Below, in pieces: positions 1 to 8,878 of a DNA stretch of 64,000 nucleotides; the first letter of the stretch is position 1; each line of letters starts with the position of its first letter. The stretch spans positions 47,883 through 111,882 of the forward strand of contig SUWB01000004.1 of assembly GCA_015061745.1 (NCBI GenBank), given 5' to 3'. This stretch comes from Lentisphaerota bacterium (GTDB lineage Bacteria; Verrucomicrobiota; Lentisphaeria; Victivallales; Victivallaceae). The position numbers and the translations under genes are program-made. The notes beneath the pieces were generated by a model. That model did no database searches. It had not been told where the DNA came from and saw only the letters and a list, made by a program, of their open reading frames with translations.

Positions 1-959
1 TCGGCATAGTGATCGGTCAGAACCAGATCCGCCCCCAGTTTTTCAAGAAAACCCTCAAAGCTCCTGGGGCTTGCGATGGCACTCAATGCTGCGGCCTTGA
101 TGCCTTTGAGACTTTCAAGAGCCAGGTGCTCCTGGGAATAAAGTTTCTGAAGGTACTGGGGTTTGTGGCAGCATTCAATGATTTCCGCCTTGCGGCAGTG
201 ACGGTTCAGAAAGCGTTTCAAATGGCGGTTGCGGCGTGTGCCTGTGGATTTTGTCAGAAAAATGTAATCTGCCCGCTTGATGTGTTCGATCGGTTCCCGC
301 AGAGTTCCCCGTGGCAGACAGTGACCGTTTCCGAAAGGAGATGTGGAATCAACCAACACAATATTGATATGAGGACGGAGCATCAGGTATTGAAATCCGT
401 CATCAAGGATGATAACATCTGTCTGAAAGTGATTGATGGCATAAACTCCGGATTTGACCCGGTCTTTATCCACCAGAACTGCAACATCGGGCAGATTGGA
501 AGCAAGCATATAGGGTTCGTCTCCGGCATATTCGCAATCCATAAGCAGATTTTTTCCGTCTGAAACAACTTTCGGGGGGATTTCATTATGCTCAGAGCTG
601 AACTTCTGTTTCATTTTTTCCCAGAAAGAGAGATTTTTACTTCTGTATCCCCGGCTGAGAATGGCAACTTTACGCCCCTGTTGACTGAGTGAACGGGCAA
701 AAACTTCCACAACAGGAGTTTTGCCTGTGCCGCCGCAAGTCAGATTGCCGATGCTGACCACCAGACAGCCCAGAGAATGATGACGGATAATACGGCTGTC
801 ATAGAGCCATAAACGGAATTTGGCTCCGTTGCTGAAAAAACGGGAGACGAAAAAAAGAAAAGAAAGCAGCAGACGGTCAAACCAGCGTTGCCGTTTACCG
901 TGCATCACTTCAAGGAAGTATTGTTCAAGATCTTCAGTTTTGAGTTTGAATTTATGCAT
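1..959 (-). CDS. lpxK: tetraacyldisaccharide 4'-kinase LpxK, C-terminus runs off the window start
   Basis: Absent from the ORF track because it has no in-window stop. My minus-strand translation from ATG 959 gives MHKFKLKTEDLEQYF...VVSIGNLTCGGTGKTPVVE...ILSRGY...IILDDGFQY...GNGHCLPRGTLREP. The GNLTxGGTGKTP P-loop and DDGFQ are LpxK hallmarks. Confidence 0.85.
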   Translation of the reverse strand, partial: MHKFKLKTEDLEQYFLEVMHGKRQRWFDRLLLSFLFFVSRFFSNGAKFRLWLYDSRIIRHHSLGCLVVSIGNLTCGGTGKTPVVEVFARSLSQQGRKVAILSRGYRSKNLSFWEKMKQKFSSEHNEIPPKVVSDGKNLLMDCEYAGDEPYMLASNLPDVAVLVDKDRVKSGVYAINHFQTDVIILDDGFQYLMLRPHINIVLVDSTSPFGNGHCLPRGTLREPIEHIKRADYIFLTKSTGTRRNRHLKRFLNRHCRKAEIIECCHKPQYLQKLYSQEHLALESLKGIKAAALSAIASPRSFEGFLEKLGADLVLTDHYA

Positions 960-988
960 TTTCTGATATTGCTCTCTGCCATTTACAT

Positions 989-1017
989 ACTATACCACAA
1001 AAATGCAGTATTCGCAA
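989..1017 (-). promoter_or_regulatory. sigma70-like promoter for lpxK (TTGCGA-17-TATAGT)
   Basis: Minus strand reads ggacTTGCGAatactgcatttttgtggTATAGT, about 30 nt upstream of the lpxK ATG. Confidence 0.5.
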
Positions 1018-1077
1018 GTCCCGGAGCGGAAAAAGAGTGCTCTTTCCTGCGGGAAAGAAGGGAAAAGTCAGGAACGA

Positions 1078-1779
1078 TCATTTCCGGAACTTTTTATCAA
1101 AGATCTCCTTGGAGGCAAATAAAAATCGTTTTACCCAAAGAGGCAGTGTTTTCAGAGAAAGAAAGCTGTTCGTCCGGGGAAGGAGCTGTTTTTCCGGGAT
1201 CGCAGCCGTGGGAAGATTGGATAAAGGAATATTTTTTCTTTTCTGAACTTCCACGTCCAGCAGGTACAGAAATCGTTTCTGACGCTGAAGAAGATACTTA
1301 TACGGAATAAGATTGAGCTGCTTGACCTTTGTATGAAACCCGGGCGTGTAAAGACAGCACCCCAGTGAGGCGATGTCGGCAAATGAAACCGGCCGCTGAG
1401 TTGAGACCAGCTGCAGGATGATATTACGCAGCCGGCTCCGTTCTTCCCGGGTGAGAGGAGCCTTTTTCAAGGCCGTACAAAGTTTTTTCTTGATGTAACC
1501 GGAACGGAAACAATAGGGATCGGCTTCAAGAAAATCAATGGCAAGCTGGATCTCATCGTGATTCCCCTGAACGATGCTTTTGAGAAATTCTTTGTCCTCA
1601 TAAGCATAAAAAGGGGCAAACTGTTTGAAATTGTCGATTTCAAAACGGTAACACTTGCGGAAAAACTCAGGATCAGCACTGTTGTTTATCTGCCAAATCG
1701 CTTCTCTGATCCGGCGGCGGGCGAGATGGATTTCCCCTGCCATCCACATAAGTTTTTCTTTTTTGAGGGTGGGCAGCAT
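1078..1779 (-). CDS. hypothetical protein (233 aa), last gene of the YhaO/YhaN-like operon
   Basis: Long ORF with an ATG start, 5 nt downstream of the preceding gene's stop. I recognise no motif. Confidence 0.6.
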   Translation of the reverse strand: MLPTLKKEKLMWMAGEIHLARRRIREAIWQINNSADPEFFRKCYRFEIDNFKQFAPFYAYEDKEFLKSIVQGNHDEIQLAIDFLEADPYCFRSGYIKKKLCTALKKAPLTREERSRLRNIILQLVSTQRPVSFADIASLGCCLYTPGFHTKVKQLNLIPYKYLLQRQKRFLYLLDVEVQKRKNIPLSNLPTAAIPEKQLLPRTNSFLSLKTLPLWVKRFLFASKEIFDKKFRK

Positions 1780-1784
1780 AAGGT

Positions 1785-2093
1785 TCAGATCAGAGATTTG
1801 AGCAGTTTCAGATCCTCGTCTGAAAAGTTTGCCGCGTTGACCAAAGCGTTTATCATTGCTTTGAATGTTTCTGCGGGAAGATCGCCCAGTTCTTCATAAT
1901 CTCCGGACTGCCGCAGGGCGATCAGCTCATCTATGGTAATCATCTCGGGCTGGGCCAAATTAAAAGGAGCTTCTGCGGATTCCGACCAGAAGCGCATTGA
2001 AAGAAGTGCCATAGGATTATGATTGACCAGTATAAAACGGCGGCCGCTGTTTTTTTCGAGATAGACAGTTCCCTGACGCATTTCAAGAGACAT
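1785..2093 (-). CDS. hypothetical small protein (~102 aa)
   Basis: The track ORF 1785..2216 overlaps the upstream gene. Internal ATG 2093 (MSLEMRQGTVYLEK...) is preceded by GAGGAA and lies 19 nt after the upstream stop. No motif recognised. Confidence 0.5.
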   Translation of the reverse strand: MSLEMRQGTVYLEKNSGRRFILVNHNPMALLSMRFWSESAEAPFNLAQPEMITIDELIALRQSGDYEELGDLPAETFKAMINALVNAANFSDEDLKLLKSLI

Positions 2094-2112
2094 AATGAAT
2101 TTTCCTCTGATT

Positions 2113-4242
2113 TTATTGACATTCAAAAAGAAGTACCTGATGAGAAGACGCAAACTGTTCCAAGCCTTTTTGTACTGCGGTTTTTCGTTTGGCGTCAAAG
2201 TTGACCAGAATATCATCCAGAACTACGGGCAGAGGTTCTGAATTGTTTTCAAAAGAATGGATCAGTGCAAGGCGCAAGGCAAGAAAAAGCTGCTCCCGGG
2301 TTCCCCGGGAAAGTTCGCTTGCTGCCTTATCTGCTTTTGTTTGAGAATTTCCGACCCTGAGGGCGTTTGCGGCCAGTTGTTTGCAGACAACAGTGTAGAC
2401 TCCGTTTGTGAAAATATCAAGCCACAAGGAGGCCTGTTTCAGAAGTTCCGGCTGATGTTCTCTTTCGCAGCGTTCAACGGCACGTTCCATAAGCAGCCTG
2501 GCCGCGGTCAGAACGAGGTAACGTTCTGCAGATGAACGCATTTCACCTCTTTTTTGTTCTCTGATATTAAGTTCAACGGCACAGTCTCTGTTTTTGAGCA
2601 GCAGAGATGATTCCCTCCGTTCTGCACCGGAGCGGCGGCAATTATCTTCAAGCTGCTGCTTCAATTCATTGATTTGATGTCTGATGCTGTCAAGTTCTTC
2701 CTGACAAGGAGGCGTGGATCGTTCCGGCGGCAGTTCATTTCTTCTTTTGACCAGGGCAAGTTTTTCTGCTTCATACCGGGCTTGAGCGGCAGTTATTTCC
2801 CGGCACAGCTTTTCATAACTGTGCTGTTCGGCTTCATAAGCATTCCGGGCGGAGGTGTATTCACACATTTGCTCATTGTAAAGTTTCAGACGCAGTTCAT
2901 ATTCAATGCGGAGTTTGTCATACTTTGTCTTTTTCTCAGTAAAAACTTCAAGTTGTTTTTCATATTCCTGTCGGGCTTTTTGAAACTTCATAAGATCAGC
3001 CAGGAGTTCCGGGTATTCTTCCGGCGGCACCCCGGGATCAATGAGAAATTTATAACGAAAGTGCTCTTTACCTTTTTTCAGTGCTGAGACAATACGGCTC
3101 TGCCTGATATAAAATCTTCCCCGGAATATTCCGGCAGCAATCAGAAACAGCAGGAATATGAAAAGGGCGGCTTTGCTGCCTGAAATGCAGGCTGCTGTTC
3201 CGGACAGGATAAGCACTGCTCCGGAAACTGCGTAAAAGAGCCACGGTTTTATATCTTGAGGCGCATTGCACCACTGAGCAGCAGCTGTAAAATCTGCCGC
3301 TTCAACGGCCGCTGCCCGGAAAACGTCGCATTTTCCTTCAAGTTCAGGGGCTTGAGGTGCTTGCGGAGGAACAGGAGTTTCTTCAACTGAGGGCAAAAGT
3401 GGCTTTTCCGGAATTTGCAGTGTAAAGGGAGGCAGCGGCGGCGGCATCGGTCCGGGAGGTGTGGAACGGGCAAAGGTTTCTTCATCCTCCATAAGTTTAT
3501 TCCGGTATTCCGCCGCAGCAAGAGCATCTTCAAGTTCTTTTTCCCGGATATAGAGTGATTCCAATTGACTTTTGAGCTGCAGTGATTCTTTTTCGATTTC
3601 TTCAGCTTTGAGAACAGCTTTTTCATAGGCAGGTAAATGTTGGGAAAGCTGCGCAAGACGTGCTTCGCTTTCGTCAAAGCTGTCAGAAAGTTTTTTCAAT
3701 GTGTGATGAAATCCCTTTTTTCTGTATATGCAAGCTGCTTTTTCCGCAAGCTGCAGCTGAAGTTCTGAAAGAGAAAGCCCGCCCACATTTAAGGCGTTTC
3801 CGTAAAGGCGGTTGCGTATTTCAGTATCATCAAGGGCTGCAAATGCAGTCAGTTCATCAATGGAAATGGCACATACATTGCGGTAAAAATTTTCTGAAAT
3901 TCCGGCCATATTTCCAATGTCTGGAACGATTTGAACACTGCCGTCAGAATGGATGATCTTTAATTGAGCTCTTTCCCCCCGCCGTTCAAGACGCAGCTCT
4001 TCTTTTTGAGCAGTGGTGACATCGAGATAGCCTCCGTAATGACCTGAGCCATTGAGGGCAGGGTAGGGATTGAGTCTGCTGCGTTTGTCGGGGAACCCCC
4101 AGAAAATACGGCGGATAAACTCAAGACAGGTGCTTTTTCCTCCTTCATTGGGCCAGGTAAAACGATTCAAGCCGGGAGTAAGATCAAGATCGAAGTTGTG
4201 AAAAGTACCGAAATTGTCAATATGCAGATGGCGGATGATCAT
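2113..4242 (-). CDS. YhaN/SbcC-like AAA ATPase with coiled coils, a central Pro-rich segment and two predicted TM helices
   Basis: N-terminal Walker A (FTWPNEGGKST). Long heptad-rich regions. The Pro-rich stretch is PPGPMPPPLPP...PVPPQAPQAPE and the hydrophobic pair is WLFYAVSGAVLILSGTAACI / ALFIFLLFLIAAGIF. C-terminal signature SRGTREQLFLALRLAL and Walker B PVVLDDILVNFD. Confidence 0.8.
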   Translation of the reverse strand: MIIRHLHIDNFGTFHNFDLDLTPGLNRFTWPNEGGKSTCLEFIRRIFWGFPDKRSRLNPYPALNGSGHYGGYLDVTTAQKEELRLERRGERAQLKIIHSDGSVQIVPDIGNMAGISENFYRNVCAISIDELTAFAALDDTEIRNRLYGNALNVGGLSLSELQLQLAEKAACIYRKKGFHHTLKKLSDSFDESEARLAQLSQHLPAYEKAVLKAEEIEKESLQLKSQLESLYIREKELEDALAAAEYRNKLMEDEETFARSTPPGPMPPPLPPFTLQIPEKPLLPSVEETPVPPQAPQAPELEGKCDVFRAAAVEAADFTAAAQWCNAPQDIKPWLFYAVSGAVLILSGTAACISGSKAALFIFLLFLIAAGIFRGRFYIRQSRIVSALKKGKEHFRYKFLIDPGVPPEEYPELLADLMKFQKARQEYEKQLEVFTEKKTKYDKLRIEYELRLKLYNEQMCEYTSARNAYEAEQHSYEKLCREITAAQARYEAEKLALVKRRNELPPERSTPPCQEELDSIRHQINELKQQLEDNCRRSGAERRESSLLLKNRDCAVELNIREQKRGEMRSSAERYLVLTAARLLMERAVERCEREHQPELLKQASLWLDIFTNGVYTVVCKQLAANALRVGNSQTKADKAASELSRGTREQLFLALRLALIHSFENNSEPLPVVLDDILVNFDAKRKTAVQKGLEQFASSHQVLLFECQ

Positions 4243-5471
4243 TTTTTCAGCTCCAATCTGCCGGTGAGCAATTCGGCCAGCAGAGCACTTCCTTCTCTGC
4301 GGAGTTCTTCAAAGCGTTCCGGTCGGATAGGGGGCAGGGAACGGTAGGTGTTTCTCATATCAGCATAGATGGATTCAAGGATTTTTTCTGCTGTAATTTC
4401 CTGCAATGCTTCTTCAAGTTCTTTTTCGGGCAGCAGTCCGGATTTTTCCGGATCAGGCATTTGTGTCAGCAGTACGATCTCCTCGAGGAAGCAGCCGTTA
4501 AAACGTTCTTTGAGAAATGAAGACACTGTGCGCTGCAATTCCTCCTGATCCCAGTTGCGCAGTTCGGCATCAAGGGGGGTGATCCCGGTCAATTTCAAAC
4601 GGAAGATCAGATCATTGTGCTCTTTCAGGGATATGAGCTTTTCCTGAAGCAGTTTCATAACACTGCCCAGATCCTCAATATCGCTGATATTCAGAGAAAC
4701 AACTTCAAAGTCCAGCACCGATGTGGGATGAAAGGTCATCGACAGTTCTCCGAAACCGTTGTGTTCAACAAGGAAACAGCCTTGTTTGCCCGGTTCGTGA
4801 ATATCTTTGCCTTGAACGCATCCGGAATAGACCACCCAGGGCTTTTCGCTTAAAACACGGCGGCTGTGCACGTGGCCGAGTGCCCAGTAATCCACGGGCA
4901 ATGCTGTTAATTCAGCAAGTGCGGCCGGAGCTGCGTGAAGATCGCCGCAGAGATTGGCGTGAACAAGAGCAATCCTGACTCCGGGGGCATCTTTCAGGGC
5001 TTCGCCTGTTTGGACAGCCAGATTTTCAAGAACATTCAAAGAGGAGTGTCCGATCCCTCCCACGGTAGCAACGATTTCTCCTTTTTTGACAATGGAATGA
5101 AGTTTCACTTCGTCAGGAGGGAAGAAAACAACGTTTTCCGGCAGCTTGATAGCTTTTGACCACGCTTGAGGGAAAGGATCGTGATTGCCGCTGACGATCA
5201 AAGCCGAGATCCCGGCAGCAGCCAGTTTTTCCAACCCCTTAACGAACTCAATGCGCCCTTTGAGGGAGGGCGCGTTCCGGTCAAAGCAATCTCCGGCAAT
5301 AAGGAGGAAATCCACTTCCTCTCTGATGGCTGTTTCAACAGTATTGTTCCAGGCGAGGAAGGGCGTTTCCGCAAGTTTGCCGTCCAGCTCGGGGAGTCTG
5401 CGGCTCAAACCGGTAAATGCGGAACCGATGTGCAAATCGGCGCAATGCAGAAAGCGAAAAGCTGCTCCCAT
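4239..5471 (-). CDS. metallophosphoesterase, SbcD/YhaO-like DNA-repair exonuclease
   Basis: Calcineurin-type phosphoesterase motifs are present: HCADLHIG, AGDCFD, SGNHD, GHVH. Its stop overlaps the downstream ATPase start by 4 nt. Confidence 0.85.
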   Translation of the reverse strand: MGAAFRFLHCADLHIGSAFTGLSRRLPELDGKLAETPFLAWNNTVETAIREEVDFLLIAGDCFDRNAPSLKGRIEFVKGLEKLAAAGISALIVSGNHDPFPQAWSKAIKLPENVVFFPPDEVKLHSIVKKGEIVATVGGIGHSSLNVLENLAVQTGEALKDAPGVRIALVHANLCGDLHAAPAALAELTALPVDYWALGHVHSRRVLSEKPWVVYSGCVQGKDIHEPGKQGCFLVEHNGFGELSMTFHPTSVLDFEVVSLNISDIEDLGSVMKLLQEKLISLKEHNDLIFRLKLTGITPLDAELRNWDQEELQRTVSSFLKERFNGCFLEEIVLLTQMPDPEKSGLLPEKELEEALQEITAEKILESIYADMRNTYRSLPPIRPERFEELRREGSALLAELLTGRLELKK

Positions 5472-5492
5472 TGTCTGCGGGACCTGAGATAA

Positions 5493-6809
5493 TCAAATCA
5501 AGTGGGCGGCGATGGTCCGTTTTTCAATATCCTGCCGTGCCTCATCACCGGTACGGCCGGTATAGATCTGTCTGGGACGAACCAATTTTGTGGAATCGCC
5601 GATCATTTCTTTCCAGTGCGCGACCCAACCGGGCAGACGGGCCAGGGCGAACATCACCGTGAACATATTTTCGGGGATACCCAGTGCACGGTAGAGAATT
5701 CCCGTATAAAAGTCCACATTGGGGTAGAGCTGACGGTCGATAAAGTAACTGTCCTTGCGGGCGGCATCTTCCACTCTGCGTGCCACGTCAAGCAGGGGAT
5801 CGCTGTAACCGGTGGCTTTTAAATATTTTTCGCACTCCTGTCTGGCGATTTCCGCACGGGGGTCATAGGTTTTATAGACCCGGTGTCCGAATCCCATCAG
5901 ACGGAAAGGATTGCTCTTGTCTTTGGCAAGACGGATGAATTTTTCCACATCACCGTCTTCCTGAATGAGACGGAGCATTTCAATGACTGCCTGATTTGCT
6001 CCGCCGTGCAGGGGACCGGAAAGTGCGGAAATTCCTGCTGAAATCGTGGCATACAAGTTCACCTGAGCACTGCCGATGACACGAACAGCTGAAGTTGAAC
6101 AGTTCTGTTCGTGGTCAGCGTGAATGATAAAAAGCTTATTGAGCAGACGGACTGCTTCGGGGCTGATCACATAGGGACGCACCGGAGAATCAAACATCAT
6201 ATTCAAAAAGTTGGCACAGTATGAAAGGTCCTGTCTGGGATAGACCACAGGTTCGCCAATAGATTTTTTGTAGGCAAACGCAGCCATTGTACGCACAATG
6301 GAAATGACACGGGCACAGGAGTCGTCAATGTTATCAGCCATTGATTTCAGGTCGACCTGAGGATAAAATGCTGCCATTGCATTGATCATTGTGGACAAGA
6401 TACACATCGGATGCGCACCTTGGGGAAAGTTGTCAAAAAACCTGCGCATATCCTCGTGGATCATTGAGTTCAAGTTCAACTGCCGTGAAAAGTTGCGACG
6501 TTCACTTTCGCTTGGAAGTTCCCCGTGCACAAGGAGATAAGCCACATCCACAAACATAACTTTTTTGCAAAGTTCCTGGATGTCATAACCCCGGTAACGG
6601 AGGATTCCGTTTTCACCGTCGATGTAGGTGATCTGGCTGTAACAGGAGGCGGTATTCATAAAACCGGGGTCAATCGTAACACAGGAGGTATCTCGTCGCA
6701 GGCCGGAAATGTCAATGCCTTTTTCTCCTTCGCTGCCGATAACAAGAGGAAGTTTGATTTCTTTACCCTCAACGGTAAGAAGTGCGTAGTTTTCCGGTTG
6801 CTGTGTCAT
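5493..6809 (-). CDS. gltA: citrate synthase
   Basis: GFGHRVYKTYDPRA, HADHEQNCSTS and LHGGAN are classic citrate synthase motifs. Length 438 aa. Confidence 0.95.
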   Translation of the reverse strand: MTQQPENYALLTVEGKEIKLPLVIGSEGEKGIDISGLRRDTSCVTIDPGFMNTASCYSQITYIDGENGILRYRGYDIQELCKKVMFVDVAYLLVHGELPSESERRNFSRQLNLNSMIHEDMRRFFDNFPQGAHPMCILSTMINAMAAFYPQVDLKSMADNIDDSCARVISIVRTMAAFAYKKSIGEPVVYPRQDLSYCANFLNMMFDSPVRPYVISPEAVRLLNKLFIIHADHEQNCSTSAVRVIGSAQVNLYATISAGISALSGPLHGGANQAVIEMLRLIQEDGDVEKFIRLAKDKSNPFRLMGFGHRVYKTYDPRAEIARQECEKYLKATGYSDPLLDVARRVEDAARKDSYFIDRQLYPNVDFYTGILYRALGIPENMFTVMFALARLPGWVAHWKEMIGDSTKLVRPRQIYTGRTGDEARQDIEKRTIAAHLI

Positions 6810-6858
6810 CGTAACCCCTTTACTATTGAATTGATTGACTTTTTGATAAAACCTACCT

Positions 6859-6887
6859 AATATACATTAAAAAGGTGGATTTGTCAA
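6859..6887 (-). promoter_or_regulatory. sigma70-like promoter for gltA (TTGACA-17-TATATT)
   Basis: Minus strand reads TTGACAaatccacctttttaatgTATATT, about 50 nt upstream of the gltA ATG. Confidence 0.6.
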
Positions 6888-6919
6888 TCATTTAACAACA
6901 GAAAAGTGGACTTTTATCC

Positions 6920-8878
6920 TCAATTACTGTGGATACGGTCATTTTCAAGCCGCAGTGCTTCAAGTTCCATTGCCGCTTCTTCCCAGTCTGTTTCACATTG
7001 GGTGAGCGCAGCTTCAACTTCCGCGAGTTCTTTTTTCAGAGCGGCGAAGTCAACTTTTCCGCCGCTTGAAAGTTTTGCCACAAGAAATGTTTTTCTGTCA
7101 GACAGTTCGTCGCATTGTTTTTCCAGACTTTCTACTCTGGTCTTTGCTTTTTTCAAATCACCCTGAATCGCCTGGCGGGCACGGGCACGCTCCTGCCGGC
7201 GGAGTTTTGCACTGTCCTGTAAGGGAGCTCCGTCTGAACGGATCTGGACTGCGGAGGGGATCAGAGCACTTGATTTTTCAAGATAGTAATCATAGTTGCC
7301 GTAATATTTTTTGACACCGCCGGGTTCGAGGGCCAGGATCGTGGTCGCAACATTGCGGACGAATTCAATGTCGTGGCTGACGATGCAGACTGTTCCCGGA
7401 AAATCACACAATGCCTGCTGGAGCAATTCCCTGGCATTCAAATCAAGGTGGGTGGTCGGTTCGTCCAGCAGAAGGAAGTTGGGGGGATTGACAAAAATAC
7501 GGGCGAACTGTAAACGGATCCTTTCGCCGCCTGAAAGTACGCCGCAGCGTTTTTCCACATCGTCGCCGGAAAATCCGAAAGAACCGAGAATGTTCATCAA
7601 ATTGGCAGTTGATGCTCCTGCCGGCAGAGCTTCACGCACAGCATCATAGACCGAAAGTTCATCAGGGAGCAGTTCCGAAAATTCCTGAGCCTGATAACCG
7701 ATGACTGCGTGGTGTCCCGGGGTTACTCTGCCTCCGACGGGCTGCAGTTTTCCAGCCATCAGTTTCATCAATGTGGTTTTTCCGCGGCCATTGTAACCGA
7801 TAATACCGACTTTGTCGCCGGAATTGACTGTCAGGTCGAGAGCCTGGAAAAGCAGCGTTTTATCATCATAGCCGAATGAAAGCTGTTCCAACCGGACCGC
7901 TTCGACTCCGGCATCAGGCGGGGCGGGGAAGCGGATCACGCCTTTGTAGTTAAGAGCATCCGGCAGTTCAACATCTTCAATGGCATCCAGTTTTTTCTGC
8001 CAGCTTTTTGCTGCGGCAGCTTTGGTGCTTTTACTGCGGAACCGGTCAATGAGCCGTTCGAGTCTCTCTTTTTCCCGGTCTGTGTTGCGCTTGGCTGCTT
8101 CGAGGGCGTGGGCACGCTGTTCTCTTTCGCGGCAGTAGAAGTCATAACTGCCCGGATAGCGGGTTGCGATCCCCTGATTGATTTCCACGATGACATTGGT
8201 CAGTTTACGCAACAGAAAACGGTCGTGGGAAATCAGGATCAATGTGCCCTGAAATGTTCCGAGAAAGCGGCAGAGCCATTCTACTGCCGGAATATCCAGA
8301 TAGTTTGACGGTTCGTCAAGGAGCAATGTGTCGGGACGGGAAATAAGTACCCTTGCCAACGCAGCGCGCATTTGCCAACCGCCGGAAAAACTTGAAAGAG
8401 GACGCTTGAAATCCTGTTCTGCAAAACCCAGACTGCTCAAGGCCTGGGCCGCTTCCACGTCAAGACGATAGGCTCCCAGATGTTCGATCATCGTCTGAAG
8501 TTCTCCGTGACGGCGGAGTGCCTTGTCCAATTCCTCATCGGGAATCCGGTCTTCAGCCATATCATTTTCCAGTTTTTTGAGTTCTTCAGCACCGCTTTTC
8601 AGTTCCGGAATGGCATCGGCAGTAAAATCCAGCAGAGACCGTGACAGTTCATTGTGGTCGATGTGCTGGCGCATAATGCCGATACGGTGGTTTTTTGGAA
8701 TTGCTATGGAACCGGAATCAGGAGACTGCTCCCCCATAAGAATGGAAAACAAGGTACTTTTACCGGCTCCGTTGGGGCCGACGATACCTACCCGCTCGCC
8801 GGGATTGATCCGGAGCGTAATGTCCCGGAGAATGTCCTTGCCGGAAAAACTTTTGCAAATATTGCGGAAATCGATCAT
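6920..8878 (-). CDS. ABC-F family ATPase (two ABC cassettes, C-terminal coiled coil, no TM domain)
   Basis: GPNGAGKST / LSGGWQMRAALARVL / LLLDEPSNYLD in the first cassette, GYNGRGKTT / LSGGERIRLQFARIF / LLLDEPTTHLD in the second. Start overlaps the upstream kinase stop by 4 nt. Confidence 0.9.
   Translation of the reverse strand: MIDFRNICKSFSGKDILRDITLRINPGERVGIVGPNGAGKSTLFSILMGEQSPDSGSIAIPKNHRIGIMRQHIDHNELSRSLLDFTADAIPELKSGAEELKKLENDMAEDRIPDEELDKALRRHGELQTMIEHLGAYRLDVEAAQALSSLGFAEQDFKRPLSSFSGGWQMRAALARVLISRPDTLLLDEPSNYLDIPAVEWLCRFLGTFQGTLILISHDRFLLRKLTNVIVEINQGIATRYPGSYDFYCREREQRAHALEAAKRNTDREKERLERLIDRFRSKSTKAAAAKSWQKKLDAIEDVELPDALNYKGVIRFPAPPDAGVEAVRLEQLSFGYDDKTLLFQALDLTVNSGDKVGIIGYNGRGKTTLMKLMAGKLQPVGGRVTPGHHAVIGYQAQEFSELLPDELSVYDAVREALPAGASTANLMNILGSFGFSGDDVEKRCGVLSGGERIRLQFARIFVNPPNFLLLDEPTTHLDLNARELLQQALCDFPGTVCIVSHDIEFVRNVATTILALEPGGVKKYYGNYDYYLEKSSALIPSAVQIRSDGAPLQDSAKLRRQERARARQAIQGDLKKAKTRVESLEKQCDELSDRKTFLVAKLSSGGKVDFAALKKELAEVEAALTQCETDWEEAAMELEALRLENDRIHSN

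Noticed and set aside
9-563. 184-aa plus-strand ORF at the window start (and the 67-aa minus-strand ORF 383..586)
   Set aside because: The other minus-strand frame translates into a clean LpxK with its P-loop. The plus-strand ORF has an odd composition and no motif, so it is a shadow ORF.
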